Positions 1 to 14,199 of a stretch of 64,000 nucleotides of DNA are shown here, one piece after another; positions within the stretch are counted from its first letter, which is position 1; each line of letters begins with the position of its first letter. The notes below the pieces were generated by a model. It saw nothing but the letters and a program-made list of their open reading frames with translations. It searched no databases and was not told the DNA's origin. A program made the translations under genes and the position numbers. The DNA is from Gnetum montanum (taxonomy: Eukaryota; Plantae; Gnetophyta): contig MNCI01000967.1 of the NCBI GenBank assembly GCA_015680685.1, forward strand, positions 418,458 to 482,457, written 5' to 3'.

Positions 1-342
1 ATCATGGTGGAAGAAGTGAAGTAGTTGTGCTAACGCAAGTAACGATTATTCTCGTAGCTGCTTCCTAACCCATCATGGGCTCGGTGATGTGTACGGCTCA
101 GGGGCCTTGTTATGATGCTCTTTTATGTCATCATCTACTACTTGAAAGGGCAGCTCAACCCATGTTGCTTCCTCGTTTGAACCGGTTTCAACTTGTTTAG
201 GTGTTTCAGTTTGAACAGGGGTTCGGTCTTCAAATATTTTGACCTTTGACCCTTGCTCCATTCCTACATTATTTATGGCTTGGGGAGCCACTTCATCACC
301 ATGAATTATCACTTCCCCTCTTGCATAGGGTAAGTGAATCTC

Positions 343-3300
343 CTAATGTATTGGAGAGGAAACAACCCTCAATTGGGCCAACCACGATCTCCCTAGGATC
401 AGGTTGAACCCAGGCATTTCTTCTATGACTATGAATATTGTGCTTATGGGGAACTGGTCCCCTACGACAAAGTTGATATGCATAGTTCCTTTTACTAGCA
501 CACGCACCCCATTAAACGATTTCAAGCAGGATGTCGTTGTGGGATTAATTTGATCTACCAAGACCAATTTGTCCACTATGGGCAAAGGGATGACATTAGT
601 AGCAGCCTCATCATCAACATGTACCCTTCAGATCCTATGTTGTTTGACTCGAATCGTGATGAACATAGGTGTCGTTGTCACCTAACCCTTTTCAGAGTTA
701 TCTTTAATGGAATCATCATGGAATGTTAACTGAGATGGCCATGGTTCCTTGGCTGTAGAGGGAAGCATAACAACGTGAATCACTTCCTCCTCTGCTAACA
801 TATTTTCGTTAATCGATATGGAAGTTAACATGCAAATCATGGCCTCATGATGTGTAGTAGAAGTCATTACCAAGTCATACAGGCTCAAAGTTGTTTTTTT
901 CTATTTCAAAGCCTATTTAACTTGGGTGAGGGTGTTGAACAGATCTTGCCCACCATCTTGCCTCTTACTCTTTTCCTCCTCCATTTGTCCTAGAAAATAG
1001 ATCTCCCAAGGAGGGGGAACTTTAGGTTGAGGGTTTTGCTTTCTTGGATAATATGGTGGCGATTGCTTCTATGCAACATTATCGGTTGTTGATGATGAGG
1101 AGACCACAGGCACTGAGGACAAGGAGGTAGGCTTGGGAGGACCTAAGGTGGTGCGTTCCTTGGCCATCTTATCTGCTGAACGCTCTTCCCATTTTTTTGA
1201 ACTGAGGGTGGGGGGGTGGGGGTTGCAGGGCTATTTTATATGGTTTTCTCTATGTAATGGGGGTAGTTGAATGTTTTGGCACCCTAATGAAAAATGATGC
1301 CTATGGTGTTGGTGTGGGCAGTGGTGTGGGTTTGAGCATGAAAGGTGTAGGGGCAGATGTCTGAGGAGGAACTTTAAGGATGAATGGTTGTTGCAGTGTC
1401 CTTTTTGTTTTTGTTGGTGTTGCCATGCTACATTGAGGCACACACACCACGAATGGTTGCTATGGTGGTTCTGGGTTACTGTCAATGACAATCGTGTTGA
1501 TGATATACCCTGTGTTATTGGCATTGAGGGGGTCCTTGTAAATGTGCATGGATTGGTTTTCAAGGTGGATAGGACTACTCTCATCTAGGACAAGCTTGCC
1601 CTAATTGACAATGCATTGAATGTCATCTTTCAATGCCAGGCAATAATCTATGTCATGACCGCATAGTTGATGGTAATCACAGAACCGTTCCAACCTAAAA
1701 TTCTTAGGAACTTGCGACTCATTGGGTGTGGCCAAGGAGGGGTCCCTAAGAAGTTTTCAATATGGCTTATGACGCTATGACGCTTAATCGCTTCCTCCGA
1801 CATCTGCTTCTACTAAATATATCTAGCCCCTAACAATTGCTTTAGGAGTTGTGAAGGCTTAACGGGTAAAGAAGTGTACTTGGAGGGATCATTGTGCTCA
1901 AAGTTGGGTTTAGGCTAGGTTGATGTCTCTAGTGCTAATGTTGAAGGCTAACTGGTGTTGCTTGAGCCAAATGTTGTTGTTGTGGCTACCTTTTTATTGT
2001 TACTATTATTGGGTTTGGCCTTGTTTGCCACAACGGCCACCGTGGCTATTGCGGCCGTGCCCTTATCCTTGTCTTTTTTGATATATGTGTTTTTGTATGC
2101 AACATAGGCCAGGTCTTTACTAGCTTTGACCACATCTTAGATGCTCTTCGTCTGAGAAAAGGCTTGACTAAGGGAGCATGGGGCTAGGTAGTATAGTTTT
2201 GACTTAATAAAGTCATGTACTACCCCCTTGAAGATAGTCAACAAATGGGCCTTCACGATAGGCTCGTGGATCTCATTCAAGGTGGTGCTCCACTACTGTA
2301 TGAACCTTTGCATAGATTCCAGCAAGTCTTGCTTGATGCTCATCAACTGACCTAGTGTGACCTCTAGTTTCATGTTATACTTGAAATGGGTCATGAACTG
2401 AGTTAGTAGCTGCTCTAGAGTTGAGATGGAGGCACATGGGAGCGCGCAGTACCAGTCTAGAGCCTTGCCCATCAAAGACATGGATAATAGTGTGTGGCCA
2501 CTATTGCAACAACAAAGATTCATATCTAAACGTAACTAAATGTACATTGGGATTGCCCTTCCTATTGTATTTTGTGAATTGGGGGAGTGACATCCTAGGG
2601 GGTAATGTGAGCATGGGGACGGTCGGGCTAATGGGGTCATCATGGTAAAAATCCATGACCTACACCATGTCAGAACTGGTAGCTTTGAGACGTTTAATCT
2701 CTTCAATGAGGGTTTGGATAAGTTAGAATGCTTGGTCCAGACCCAGTGATGTTGCAGAAAACTGCTGAGTTGCATGAACAACTTTCGTATGTGCCAATGG
2801 GGGTTGCAGTGGAAGGGTAATGGCCTGGCCCATGGGGGCACCATTGGTGCCACTCCTACAAATGGTGCTACTTGGACCATCCACCACCCGACGAATGATG
2901 CTATTGGTGGGGTGGCCATTGGTGGAGCTGTGGGGTTAGTAATTTGCATGACTGATGGGGTAGACCACAACCCTGCACTTGGTTGTACCACTTGCAGGAC
3001 TGGGTATGCTTGGTGGTGAATGTAATGTGACATCTGGGAGGATTGCGCAATAGGGAGAGAAGTGGTTGGGGTCCATCACACAGTTGGGGTTGGGCTTGCC
3101 ACTAATGGTGGGATAGGTGTAGATGATGAAATGGGAGTGGGAAGTCCATGTAACTGTGATGTAGGCATGATGTGCACATATGGCAACGTAGCTGTGACTA
3201 GTGCTTAGTATGATGACAAGGCAAAGTGAGGAGAGAGAGTGCCTAGGAATGAAACTGAAGGGGCAGCATGTTGGTGCACTGAGGGTACAGGATGGATGCC

Positions 3301-3700
3301 CATAGTTGAAGAAAGTGTAGGCTATGGCAGAGTCATGGTAATCACAAAGGGGGTAGAAGTAAAGAGTGGGTTTGACTAGAAGACTACAGTGGGAGGGATA
3401 ACTGCAGGGTAGGTTTGGCCACCATCCTCAAAATGGGAATCTATGTCTTCTTGTCCATCCTAGAACACCTCATCATAATGGGATGTCATATCTTGCTTCC
3501 TAGACCTACTGGCTCATATCAGCTGGTCCAAGATCCACTGATACGTGTCCATCAGATGGATGTTAACATCAGGGGTAGGGATAAATTCCCTTCCATTTCG
3601 ATGAAGGAACTCAAAGTTATGTTTTTCTTCGAGTTCTTGGTGATCCAAGGGTAGATTTTCCTAGATCTTTGCACAAATGAAGTCATAGCACTCTTCTTCT
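343..3700 (-). pseudogene. gag: Decayed Tat-type gag plus aspartic protease, with a long Pro/Thr-rich N-terminal region
   Basis: ORF fragments 343-585, 682-888, 1948-2133 and 2293-2523 join across stops and frameshifts; upper boundary approximate. Confidence 0.75.
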
Positions 3701-4070
3701 TGTGCCAAGCACTTAGGTGAGACGTGTTGGAGCCTAAGAGACTAATGTGGCACTAGCACTAGGCTAGGTGATCGCTCAGCACCTATGGTGTTTTGAGCCG
3801 AGAAAGGGACCTCAAGGTTCAAGGTGGGAATGGCAATGGTTGTGGGAATCATTTTGTATGATTAAAAGGAAATCACAAATGAGAAACATAGAAACCAATA
3901 AGCGATTGGAGGCTTTTCTTCCTACTGGGTCTTAAAGGAATCGTCGTTGTAACTAGTCTGCACCACACGATGCATAGACAACCGCAAGGGTGTCACGTCT
4001 ACCCTAGTAGGTGACAGGGTACAGACAATGTGTAGGATTACCCATAAGATGTAGAAAGGGCACCAAAATG

Positions 4071-4087
4071 CCCTCCTTCCAGTGCCA
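4071..4087 (-). promoter_or_regulatory. Primer-binding site of the TGGCGCTAGAAGGAGGG class (tRNA-Arg type, as in Tat elements)
   Basis: Plus strand CCCTCCTTCCAGTGCCA; same class as the PBS at 30730-30746. Confidence 0.75.
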
Positions 4088-4092
4088 AAAAC

Positions 4093-6298
4093 TATAGTGA
4101 TCAAAAACATTAGTGGCTAGAACACTGAGAGGTTTCCAAGCATACAGTTTAACCCTGAATCCACATGAGGGCCATGGTGGAGAGAAATGGAAATGAGATG
4201 CCCTGAATGATCTAGTCGATCAGACAAGGACTAAATCGATGTAAGTTAACCTTTAGTAAACATTTGGTTTTAGAAACGAGGTATGCCAGTGAAGCAATAA
4301 TTAACCAACATAAAACAATGGAAAATGATGGGAAATATGACAATAATGAACAAAGGATGAAGTAGATTTGGGTGAGAAATTGCACTACCCCAAGATTAAA
4401 GATCTGATCTTTGTTTTGCTGGAATATGTACAACTGATTATGTAATACTGGTGAAGCATAGCTTACACAAAGTAGTATGGTCATAGGTTCACGAGCTATA
4501 GTCAGTAACTTGCTACTCCAGATTCTTTTGTTTGCCAATCCACTAGCCAAGGTGCCAAAATGATAAGCCTCCAAAAGGATGTCTGAAACCAATCCAAAAG
4601 CTCAAAGCCAACCAGGATGTTTAAAATGCCAACTATGCTCTCCAAAAGCTAACTCAAAAGCCAACCACACAAAAAGCCAACCCTTTAAGCATTGTTCACT
4701 GGGGTATTTATAGGGCTAGGAGTAGGAGAAAAATGTGGTCTGGATGCCACACATCCTGGGCCCCACAAGGTGCAAACATGAATATGCTATGTAAACATGT
4801 GATGTTGGATGTGAACCTTGTTACACTATGACCATACTGCTGAAACTGCATGTGCCAAAATCCAGAAAGCATGCCAACAATGAAAGAAAAATTGAGCCCA
4901 TGCTCCAGGACTACATCTTTCCTACTCTTGTGAGTAGGGTTAAGCATAGGAACAAATTTGGGGATTGACCAAGGGGATGCAAAATGAGGCAAACTTGCCG
5001 ATTTTATCTATCGAAGAGGTACGAGGATGAGAATAATCATTGCCAACAAGTTATGGAGCTAATTGAAAACATTTTAAATGCCTCCATGCAAGTGTTGTAT
5101 TACTTATGTTGTCCAGCATGTTGGCGTAGCATAAGTAATTGGACACTACTCTATGCTATGTTACATAGCATAGCATAGTGTAGTCGACGGTATCAAAAAG
5201 AGTCTTGCCTAGAAGCTGAGAGCATCTATCTGAGGCTTGGTCAGGCAAACAACTGCAACTTTGTCTTCCATGTTAGGAAGCCTTTGAACTTGCTAAGTTG
5301 ATCCTTGGGGGCATTCTGTTGTTTTGCATCCTTACTATGCATGGCGTAGCAGCCAATGTGACATGCACCTTTGTTTAATTTGCAATGTTTTACCAGGAAA
5401 CTTTGCTTAAGGCCAAGGGGCTAAGTGGGATAGGTAGTTTTAGAGGTCGAAGTATTGCCAAGTGCATTCCTCTTGCTAGAGCCATTTGGTAGAGGGGCCT
5501 TTGTGCATTCTATCATTGCTATGTTGTGCTACACTGCATAGCATAGCATAGTGTAGCACCCTGTGTTGGATGAATCCCAACTTGTTTTGTAACCATTTTT
5601 TCATAAGATGTTTATTATGTCCTGGTGTGTTGGCAGAGCAAGCTTGCTTGATGGTTGCAACATGGACAAATGCTTTGGAAGAATGACTTATTATCAACTT
5701 GCATCTTGGATGCTTGATTGGTCTCTTCAAGGCTTGCTACACTGTGCAGCATAGCAAATTTCTCCGCTAGAAAACTTGTCAAACTGTTTAACTCATCTTG
5801 AACACTTTTGAAAACTCCTAGCATGGTCCCTGGGTAGATTGTTAGCTAGGTCAATTATCCAATTGGGTAGGCTGGAGACTCTAGCAGGCCTATTAGCTAT
5901 GGAGATAGAAAACTTGCCAGACTGTACAATCTATCCTTAGTGCCTACACTATTCTGACGGCCCATTATGATGCTGCACTTGTGGAAATCCTTTGGCAAAA
6001 TTCCATGACTTTGTTGAAGCATCAGGGTCCTAAAATTTTATGGTGTTTCACCTTAGATTGTCTTTCTCAAAGGTCCTTGGGATCGAGGGTTAAAGCTATT
6101 CAACCTAGGATTTTTGGTTTTCTAGTAACCAAATTTTCCAATAGCTACAAGTCCAACATTAGTTATTGGTGTGGCCTTTTCTTTTGTACAAGTTGTATTA
6201 TGGTACCGAGTCTTAACCCTATCTTTTTCTTCTAAATTGATTCCATTTTCCTCTTCATCTAAATTAACCTATTTTTCTTTTTTTTGTATTTACACTAC
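4093..6298 (-). repeat. 5' LTR (~2.2 kb) of the Tat-like element
   Basis: Degenerate termini T(G>A)TAGTG...CACTAC; minus-strand TATA box CCTATAAATACCCC near 4702-4715; right end approximate because the partner LTR is outside the window. Confidence 0.55.
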
Positions 6299-6299
6299 C

Positions 6300-7850
6300 A
6301 TTTTGATCTCTATTCTAATAATTGAATCTTCTTTTTTTCTCTAAATCTTCCCTGCATACCTCTTTTTCCTTGGTTACTTATGTAGGCTTGATCATCTTCA
6401 CTAAATTGTTTGTAACTCTTCATAATTTTTAGGGTCCTAACTTGAACAACTAATTTATTGATACTAAGCATGTTGAAGTCTTTTGAAAGAGTAATGTTTT
6501 TCATCATATTTTTAAATCATGGATCTATGTAGAGACCTTAAATAATTCTCTAAACTTTTTTTCTTGTTAGTATATCCATAGCCATATTCATCTATTTTTT
6601 GTAAGCTATCATACATTCTAACAAAGAAGTCTTTGATACTTTCATTTCTAATTTCTAAGGTATTGAAATTTTTTTTTGTAGATTACTTGCTACATTTATT
6701 AATTTTTTAATATTTCTTTGTATTATAATTCAAGATTATTCCATACATCTTTGGCAATAGTATGAAGACTATATTTTCCAGAAATAACTTATGAGACACT
6801 AGCCAATAATATCATGAAAGCTAAATTGTTATTCTTCTTTGTTTCATATTCTTTGATTTCTGATTTGGTGAAATCTTCAAAATTATGGATGAACTTGAAA
6901 CCTATTTTAACTATTTTTCAACAATCATTATGTTCAATAAGACATTTCATCATCCTTGTCCATAGGTTGAAATCATAAGAATCATCAAAGATGATGGAGC
7001 ATATATCTATGTTTTTTGCATGCATTTTTTGTAGGTGAACTTGATGTTTTGATACCAATTGAAAGAATTTCAAATAGCAAAAAAAATTTATTGGTTAACT
7101 CGAATTCACAAATAATTAGCTAATAAAATTTATATTCTTGAAAGGATTAGGAAATTTTATATTATTTAAGAAAAATAAGCACTACAAAAGATATCTAGAG
7201 GCTAAGGTTATATTATATTCTTTCCAAAATATCAAAAATTGTTGCAATTTTGAGAGATGATAACTTGAATATTATTAAGTTTCTAATGCTAAAACTTTAA
7301 CTACATCTTTTCACTAATATTAGCTTTTTAATAAATTTGAGATCACATCAAATAATTATGAGATGAGGAAGAAATAATCTAATAATTTACTATCATTCAT
7401 TCTAGTAAAATTTCAAAACTTAGAAAATCTGCCAAATTACATAGCAAATTTCTACCAAAACAAAATAGATATCGAGACAAAATTTTAGCTACACATAGTT
7501 ATCTATTCTAAATTTCAAATAAATCTAGAATAATATAAAAATATTTTGAAATTATTAAGATGTGATTGAAATAGTAAAGAACCCAAATTTTGACTATTCA
7601 AGTTTCAATTTTGAGTAAATAATAATGAATGATGTTGATGAATTAACTATGAAATAGTGAAATTATTGCTGAAATTATGATAATGATGACATCATCCAAA
7701 TTTCCAAGAGATTCCTTGGATATATATGTGACAAGTGGTAGAAAGATTTAAAAAATAATACAATTTAGTTCCAGTGACTTAATAATCCTAAAAATTATAT
7801 AGATATATATGGATTAGGCCAAAATAACATTACAACTATCCATCAATCCA
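6300..7850 (-). mobile_element. Ty1/copia 5' fragment: gag N-terminus (6300-7020), iMet PBS (7046-7057), LTR from ~7060
   Basis: Minus translation FDDSYDFNLWTRMMKCLIEHNDC*KIVKIGF (copia gag N-terminal pattern); ORF 6310-6507; PBS TGGTATCAAAAC next to TGAAAG; right end approximate. Confidence 0.7.
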
Positions 7851-7899
7851 AAAATTTCTTATATTTTATCAAAATAAAATCTTATTATAAAATATAAAA

Positions 7900-10800
7900 A
7901 AGAAGAATAATATTGTCTTATACCTTCAAAAACCAATAGTTTCCATTTTATTTTATGTGTCCATATTACCTTTGATGGTTTTCCAACATAATTTATTTTA
8001 TGAACATTAATTAATTTAGTGAGAATTTTGTTAATTTCATGATTTGAGACTCTTGTTTGCATATTAGTCTCTAGATGATATGTTGTTCCCATCCTATGTT
8101 TAATCCCATATTTGTTTAATAAATTTTGAAATAATTGCCCTATAAAATGTGTTCTTTGGTTAGAAATCAATACATTAGAGGTACTATATCAATGTATAAT
8201 ATCTTTTGAGAAGAGGTTTGCTATTGTTTTTGATGAAAAATATGTTACATCTTTAGATTTTATCCATTTGTTTAGGTAAGAGCTTACCACTATAATATAT
8301 TCTTTTCCTAAGCTCCTTGAATTGATTGGTCCTATAAAGTCAACCCCTCATAATTCAAACAGTTCAATGACTTGGATCTATTGTTGGGGCATTTTTAGTG
8401 GTTCATTAGTCAATCATTCATCTAGCAAGAATAAAAATGGTTTATGTAGTTATAATAATCTTTATATAGACTAGGAAAATAATACCCAATGGTGATGAAT
8501 TTTATGATAGTTCATCATTTACCATAACAACCTCCTCCCTTAGTTTTTTGAGATACTTGCATTATTTCTTTTCTACCAAATTCAAGTATACATCATACTA
8601 GAACATTATTCTTACAATGTTTAGAAACCATTCCCTTATGAACTATGAAACTTTGAGAATTTTGTAGAAAATATTATTTCTATTTGTAGGTTAAGTTATT
8701 GGGAATAATCTATTTTTCTAGAAATTATTATATAGGTGTATATCATGGTTGGTTTGAGAGTTGAAACAGCTGCTCATCTAGAAAGTCTTCTTTAATAGAA
8801 TAAGAATCTGCATTTGCTAGAACTTGTAATCTAAATAAATGATTAACAACTACATATTTTGTTCTCTTTTTATCTACTATTTTCAAATCAAGATCTTGCA
8901 AGAGAAGGATCCACCTAATGATTTTGGAATTTTCCTTCTTATTCATTAAAAATATAATTACATTATGATATGTATGTATATATGCTTCATAACCTAGGAT
9001 GTAGTGCCTAAATCTCTCTCTCTCTCTATGTGTGTGTGTTTCATAATCTAGGACATAGTGGCTAACTGCAAGGAGTTTCTTCTTAGTGACTATGTAGTTA
9101 CTTTGACCTTGATTAATCTACCAATATATGCTATTGCATAGGATCTACCATCTTGATCTTTTTGGTCTAAGACTACTCCCATTGAATGACTTGAATCATT
9201 GATCATAATATAAAAGGGTTTTTGATAATCTAGACCTTGTAAAATTAGTGCCTCTAGGAATTATCTTTTAATGTCTTTAATGGTTCTTCACATTGATGAG
9301 TCCATTAAAGAAACATCCTTTTGTAACAATATAGTTAATGGTGTAGCTATTTTTCTAAAATTAACTATAATTCATCTATAAATCCTACTTGTCCTAAAAT
9401 AGATTTGAGATCCTTTAATTTAGTGGTTTGATCATTTACCCAATGCTTCATACTTTGATCAAATCAGTTTTGATTCCTTGATTGGAATTTTAATGTTCTA
9501 AGAAAATTCCTTCTCAGACCATGAGAACACTTTTATACTAGTTTAGTTTGAATTTTTGTTCCTAACATTTAAAGATTATTTTTTTCTAATTTGGTTAATG
9601 CATCATCGAAGTGAAGATCAAAAGAAGAAAATCATCCATGAATACTTCTATAGGTTTTTCTATCATATCCTAAAAAATACTATAAACTAATCTATGGAAA
9701 GTTATTGAAGCATTACATAGCCCAAAAGGCATTAGTCTATAAGAAAATGTATTGTATTGACATATAGAGGTAATTTTATATTAGTCTTCATGTGCTATAG
9801 CTATTTGATTATATCTACTATACTCATCATCCAAGAAATAGTAGTGTTTGTGTCTAGCTATTCTATCCAAAATTGGATTAGCAAAAGGTAAAGAAAAATC
9901 CAAAATTGGATTAGCAAAAGGTAAAGAAAAATGATCTTTGTATGGGATGGATTTTAATATTTTATAGTCTACAAATACTTTTCATTTATTTCCCTTTCTG
10001 GGTACCACTATTAGTAGGCTCACCCATGAAAAATTTGAGATGGGATACATAAATATGGTTTCTAATAGTTTCTCAGTTTTCTTTCTAATTACTTCCTAGA
10101 TTATAATATTTTCTCTTCTTTATATTTTCTCTAAAGGCCTTATTGTAAGATCTGTATATATCCTATTCTAAAAAATTTATGATGGAATACCTTTAATATT
10201 CTTATAAGTCAATGTGAAAGCATTTTTATGTTTTATTAATATTCTTTTTAACTTTCTTTTTTGAGAGTGGATAAGAGTAGAATTTATGATAATTGGTCTA
10301 TTGTAATCTAGCATTACATATTCTATATTTTTAGGAAAAGTTGATAGTTCTAGAATTCCCTAATCTTCAATAATATATGGATCATCTAGCCCTAAATGTT
10401 CTTCTATTTTATCTAAAAATTCTCTAGTTGGTATCATATCTTCTTACTTTAAGTTGGAAAATATTTTAAGTTATTGCTTAAGTTCTCTCATACTAATTTT
10501 CATAACCTCTATTTAGACATTAATAACTTAGTTGGCTACCACCATCCATGACCATCCTGAAATGGTTCCATATGATATATCAACCAATTGAGTTTTTATG
10601 ACTATTAAATCAATGAGATATTGGAAGCCGTGAACCTCAATAACTATTTCTTTTAAAGGCCTTTTTGTTTTACGATAGATTTGTTTACTATAATTAAATT
10701 ATTATGGTATGGAATAAGGGTAGTTCCCAACATTTCACATACTTTTTGTAAGTAATAATACTAATTCTAGCTCATAGATCCACTAATCCCTTAAATTTTC

Positions 10801-12300
10801 AATCATTAATTGTTAATGTAATAATGGGTGTTTCTAGGTTATCACATTTTTATAAATATTCTTCTTTTAAAATATTAGTTTTTACCCAAGATATCTCATT
10901 GCTACATTTTTTTTTTGAGTTTTGCTAATTTTGGTTTTTTCTTTTTAGTCTCTTTCCTAAATGTTTTCTTTTCAAGAAATGGGGGCTCATATTGGAGACA
11001 AGAAATGTCATATAATAATTTAATAAGATGATATTCTTCAGTCATGATTGTATTTATTATTCTATTATTATTGGGATTTGGTTCATTTTGAGAAGGTAAT
11101 TTACATTGACTTTTGTTTATGCAATATTTACATTTTCATTTGAGATGTATATCATTATTGAATTGCCCTTTATTTTTATTTTCATTCTTCCAAATAGTGT
11201 AGTACTAATGATTGAATTCTTGTAAATTTCTCACATTATTTTTCAAAGGTTGATAATGCTCCTTCTTTTTCCAACTCTCTGATTGAAATTGATAAGGTTT
11301 TTTAGCCTTATTCTATTGTGATAAATCCACCCTATTAATGTCAAGGCATGTACAAAAATTATCAATCCAAGAACATGCATCTTTAGGATAATTATCATTG
11401 CAATAATTACATCGTTGACTATCTTCACATTTGTGTTCCTATACTTTATGTATAATTTATTGAGAATGTTTAACATCTATTAGATTTTGGGATACTATTT
11501 TAGATAATTCCTCCATTATTTGAACTTATTTACTACTAAATTCATTAAATTTTATTTCAAAATATTTTATTTTTACTTCACTTAATCATTTCTTTTTATC
11601 ATTAATTTTTACTTCCCTTAAAGTCCATTATTGACTCATTGCATAAAATTTATCAATTGCTTGTTGTATCTTCATGAGACTTATTTCCAAAATATTACCA
11701 CCTACAAATAAAGTAAGAAACTTTGCTATTGAGGATTTTAATCCTTTTAGTAATGCTTAATTTTTCTTTCATAAGGATATTATGGTTTGGACATCTCCCT
11801 ATATTGTTTGCTATCTATCAATGTATTCTATGAGAGATTCATCATCTTTCTATTTAATATGTAACATCTCATCTCTCAACTTTTCATAGATTCCTAACAG
11901 CTATTATTTTTTGAAAAAAAAAAATATTTCTAAGCTAATCCCATCTTTTTATAGTGTTTTTCAAGAGCCTATGGAACCATAAAGCTACATGTTTCTTAAG
12001 AGAATAGGAAAAGTATCTTAAGTATTATGGATTAGTATCCATGTAATTAGCCTAACAAAATAAGTAAAAAAGGGTAAGGTGGAACATAAGATCTTCATCT
12101 CTTATTCCTTTAAACAATAAAAATAGTAGTTAGGAAAACAATAAGTCTACTGATAAGCCTCTACTCTAGTACATTAGTGTCTATTCGATGGATAACACTA
12201 TGAGTATAATAGTCCAAATATAGAGGTACCAAACTATCATCATCTTTATATATGATGTTGTCATAAGCTATTTTGGATGTTTTGATTTGGTCTTGGTCTA
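7900..12300 (-). pseudogene. pol: Athila gag-pol remnant (gag, PR, RT, RH, IN)
   Basis: Motifs lie in gypsy order RT-RH-IN on the minus strand, with many stops. Confidence 0.8.
9865..9932. repeat. Perfect 33-bp tandem duplication inside decayed RT
   Basis: ATCCAAAATTGGATTAGCAAAAGGTAAAGAAAA twice. Confidence 0.9.
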
Positions 12301-12597
12301 TACATTTATTATCTAATTTTTTTAAAGCTTTCCCATGTTATTTTTATGGTTTGAGAGTCTAAGCTTTCAGTATCTTCATCAAGACTATCATCATCTATGC
12401 TTAATTGAATCATATTCCTTGATAAGTTATAAGAGAATAATGATTAGATGGTTCTTTAATGAACTATCCATTTTCATCTCTCCATTTACTATTCTTATCT
12501 TTTCTAAATAACTTCAATTTTAGGGCACCTATATATGTTGAACTATCATTTATAAAGAAATCTACTTGGAAGTGATGTCCTTGGTAACAACACTAAA

Positions 12598-13016
12598 TGC
12601 TGAATGAAAATTAAGGTAATAAATTAATTCATTAGGATATAACAATGTCAAATGTATTATAGAAGAGTGATTATTTCTAATTAATCATGATCATTAAAAT
12701 AATACATAAAGCTCAAAGATATATGAAATAAATCCCTCTTATTAGCTCACCCTTTAAGAATGAGTTAACATTTTGAGAAATTCTTGTTTGATTAACTTAT
12801 CCCTAAGTTGATATCTAGCATTATTTGATAGAATATAATAGTGTAATATAAAAATAATAAAATATCCAATTCTATTACAAGAATAAAAAATAAACATTTT
12901 TTATCAAAATAATAAAATGAAGTTTTTCTATTACTAGAATACCAAAATAAACTTATCTTTCACAAAAGTACAATGAAAACTTGTCAATTTCTTTTGAAAA
13001 CATGTCCTCCACATCA
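12598..13016 (-). repeat. 5' LTR (~420 bp) of the degenerate Athila
   Basis: Reads TGATGTGGAGGACATG...TCAGCA on the minus strand; homologous end to end with 49547-49959. Confidence 0.8.
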
Positions 13017-14199
13017 ACTCCATCATGTAAATTTATATACATGCTAAAGAAACTAATAATCAGTTTCATTAATTATAATAAATTCACTTACATCACTAAT
13101 AGTGAGGCTATTAAATGAAAATAAAGTAAAATGAAATATTATGATGCTCTTTTTGATCTTTTGATATGACACAACCTTGAAAAATGGAGAATTTGTTAGT
13201 GTGTTTTGGAGATCTTGTAGGTCTAAGGAAAGTGAATGAAACATATTAACAGGACTAAGAGAAGAGCAAGAATCAATGAACTACAATGCTAAATTCCAAT
13301 AAGAAGATGCAAAGGTTTGAAGTAAATTACAACATTATGAGATATCCAAGAATTCCATAGAAGATGCCTTGGAGATTAACAAGATATCTCTCACTATTTT
13401 AAGACATGTCTAGTAAGAAACTCTAGTCTCATGCAAAACATCCCCTTAAAATAGGAGATGTTCCAAGAAAGGATAAGACATATTTTGCAAGATGTCTTGC
13501 CTCAAGTCAAGGTGTCTTAGGTCTAGAAAAGATGTCTCACCTATAAGGAGGAAAACATAATAAGACATCTCAAGCTTGTAGAAGATGTCTTGACTAGAGG
13601 TTTATAGCCATTGTATGAAATTCAATGGATAGATGAAGATGAGCAAGGCTATAAAAGTAAGACATCCTAATTGGAAAATGTGCAACGCTATTAATGTAAT
13701 CAAGTAATCATTATATACATCCTTGAAAAATATTGTGCTTCATTTATTTAACATTTTTTATGTTATTGTAAGCCTAAAACCAAGGAATCATAAACTTAGT
13801 TCATTTTCTTCCTTGATCATTTTATCTGTTATTATAAGCCCTAAGGGTTTAGATGTGCTTCTTAAGAGAAGACATATTTTGAGCTTTTTGGGAAATTAAG
13901 GGTTGGGTGTGCTTTTGAGTGAAATTAATCCTATTAGAGCTTAAAACTTTGCTAAGGTTGTGGTATCCTTGAAGTCACATTTTAAAGAACTAAGTCTAGA
14001 GGTGTGCAAGGATTCTACCCTCCAAGTGTAGACATATCCAAGTTGGGGAACCATGTACATCCATGATGTAAGAATTGGATCTTATTGATTAGAACTTATT
14101 CAAAACCCTTATTTGTTCTTGATTCTCAAGTGATATTAGAGTAAGGTAATTTCAAATTGAGTGTAATAACTTGAGTGGACTATAGTGGCAATATCTTAC

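Larger units (their letters stand above)
1..6298 (-). mobile_element. Ty3/gypsy Tat-like LTR retrotransposon, 5' portion (5' LTR, PBS, decayed gag-protease); continues off the left edge
   Basis: Minus-strand PBS TGGCACTGGAAGGAGGG at 4071-4087 next to an LTR edge at ~4093; gag core (2293-2523 LMGKALDWYCAL..SISTLEQL..QF..HF), CDYH..GH....C knuckle near 1640-1690, protease region VDDEAATNV and FNLILGRSWL (343-640). Confidence 0.8.
7859..13016 (-). mobile_element. Highly degenerate Athila-type Ty3/gypsy (5' LTR, PBS, gag-pol, truncated in integrase)
   Basis: RT EVFMDDF at 9628-9648; RNase H RWILLLQDLDL (8743-8946); integrase ISNQRTHF..TYHLET (7859-8170); decayed tRNA-Asp PBS at 12578-12595. Confidence 0.85.

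Noticed and set aside
1231-3033. ORFs 1231-1584, 1388-1588, 2536-3033 and 2774-3019 as separate genes
   Set aside because: Alternative or antisense frames of low-complexity gag regions
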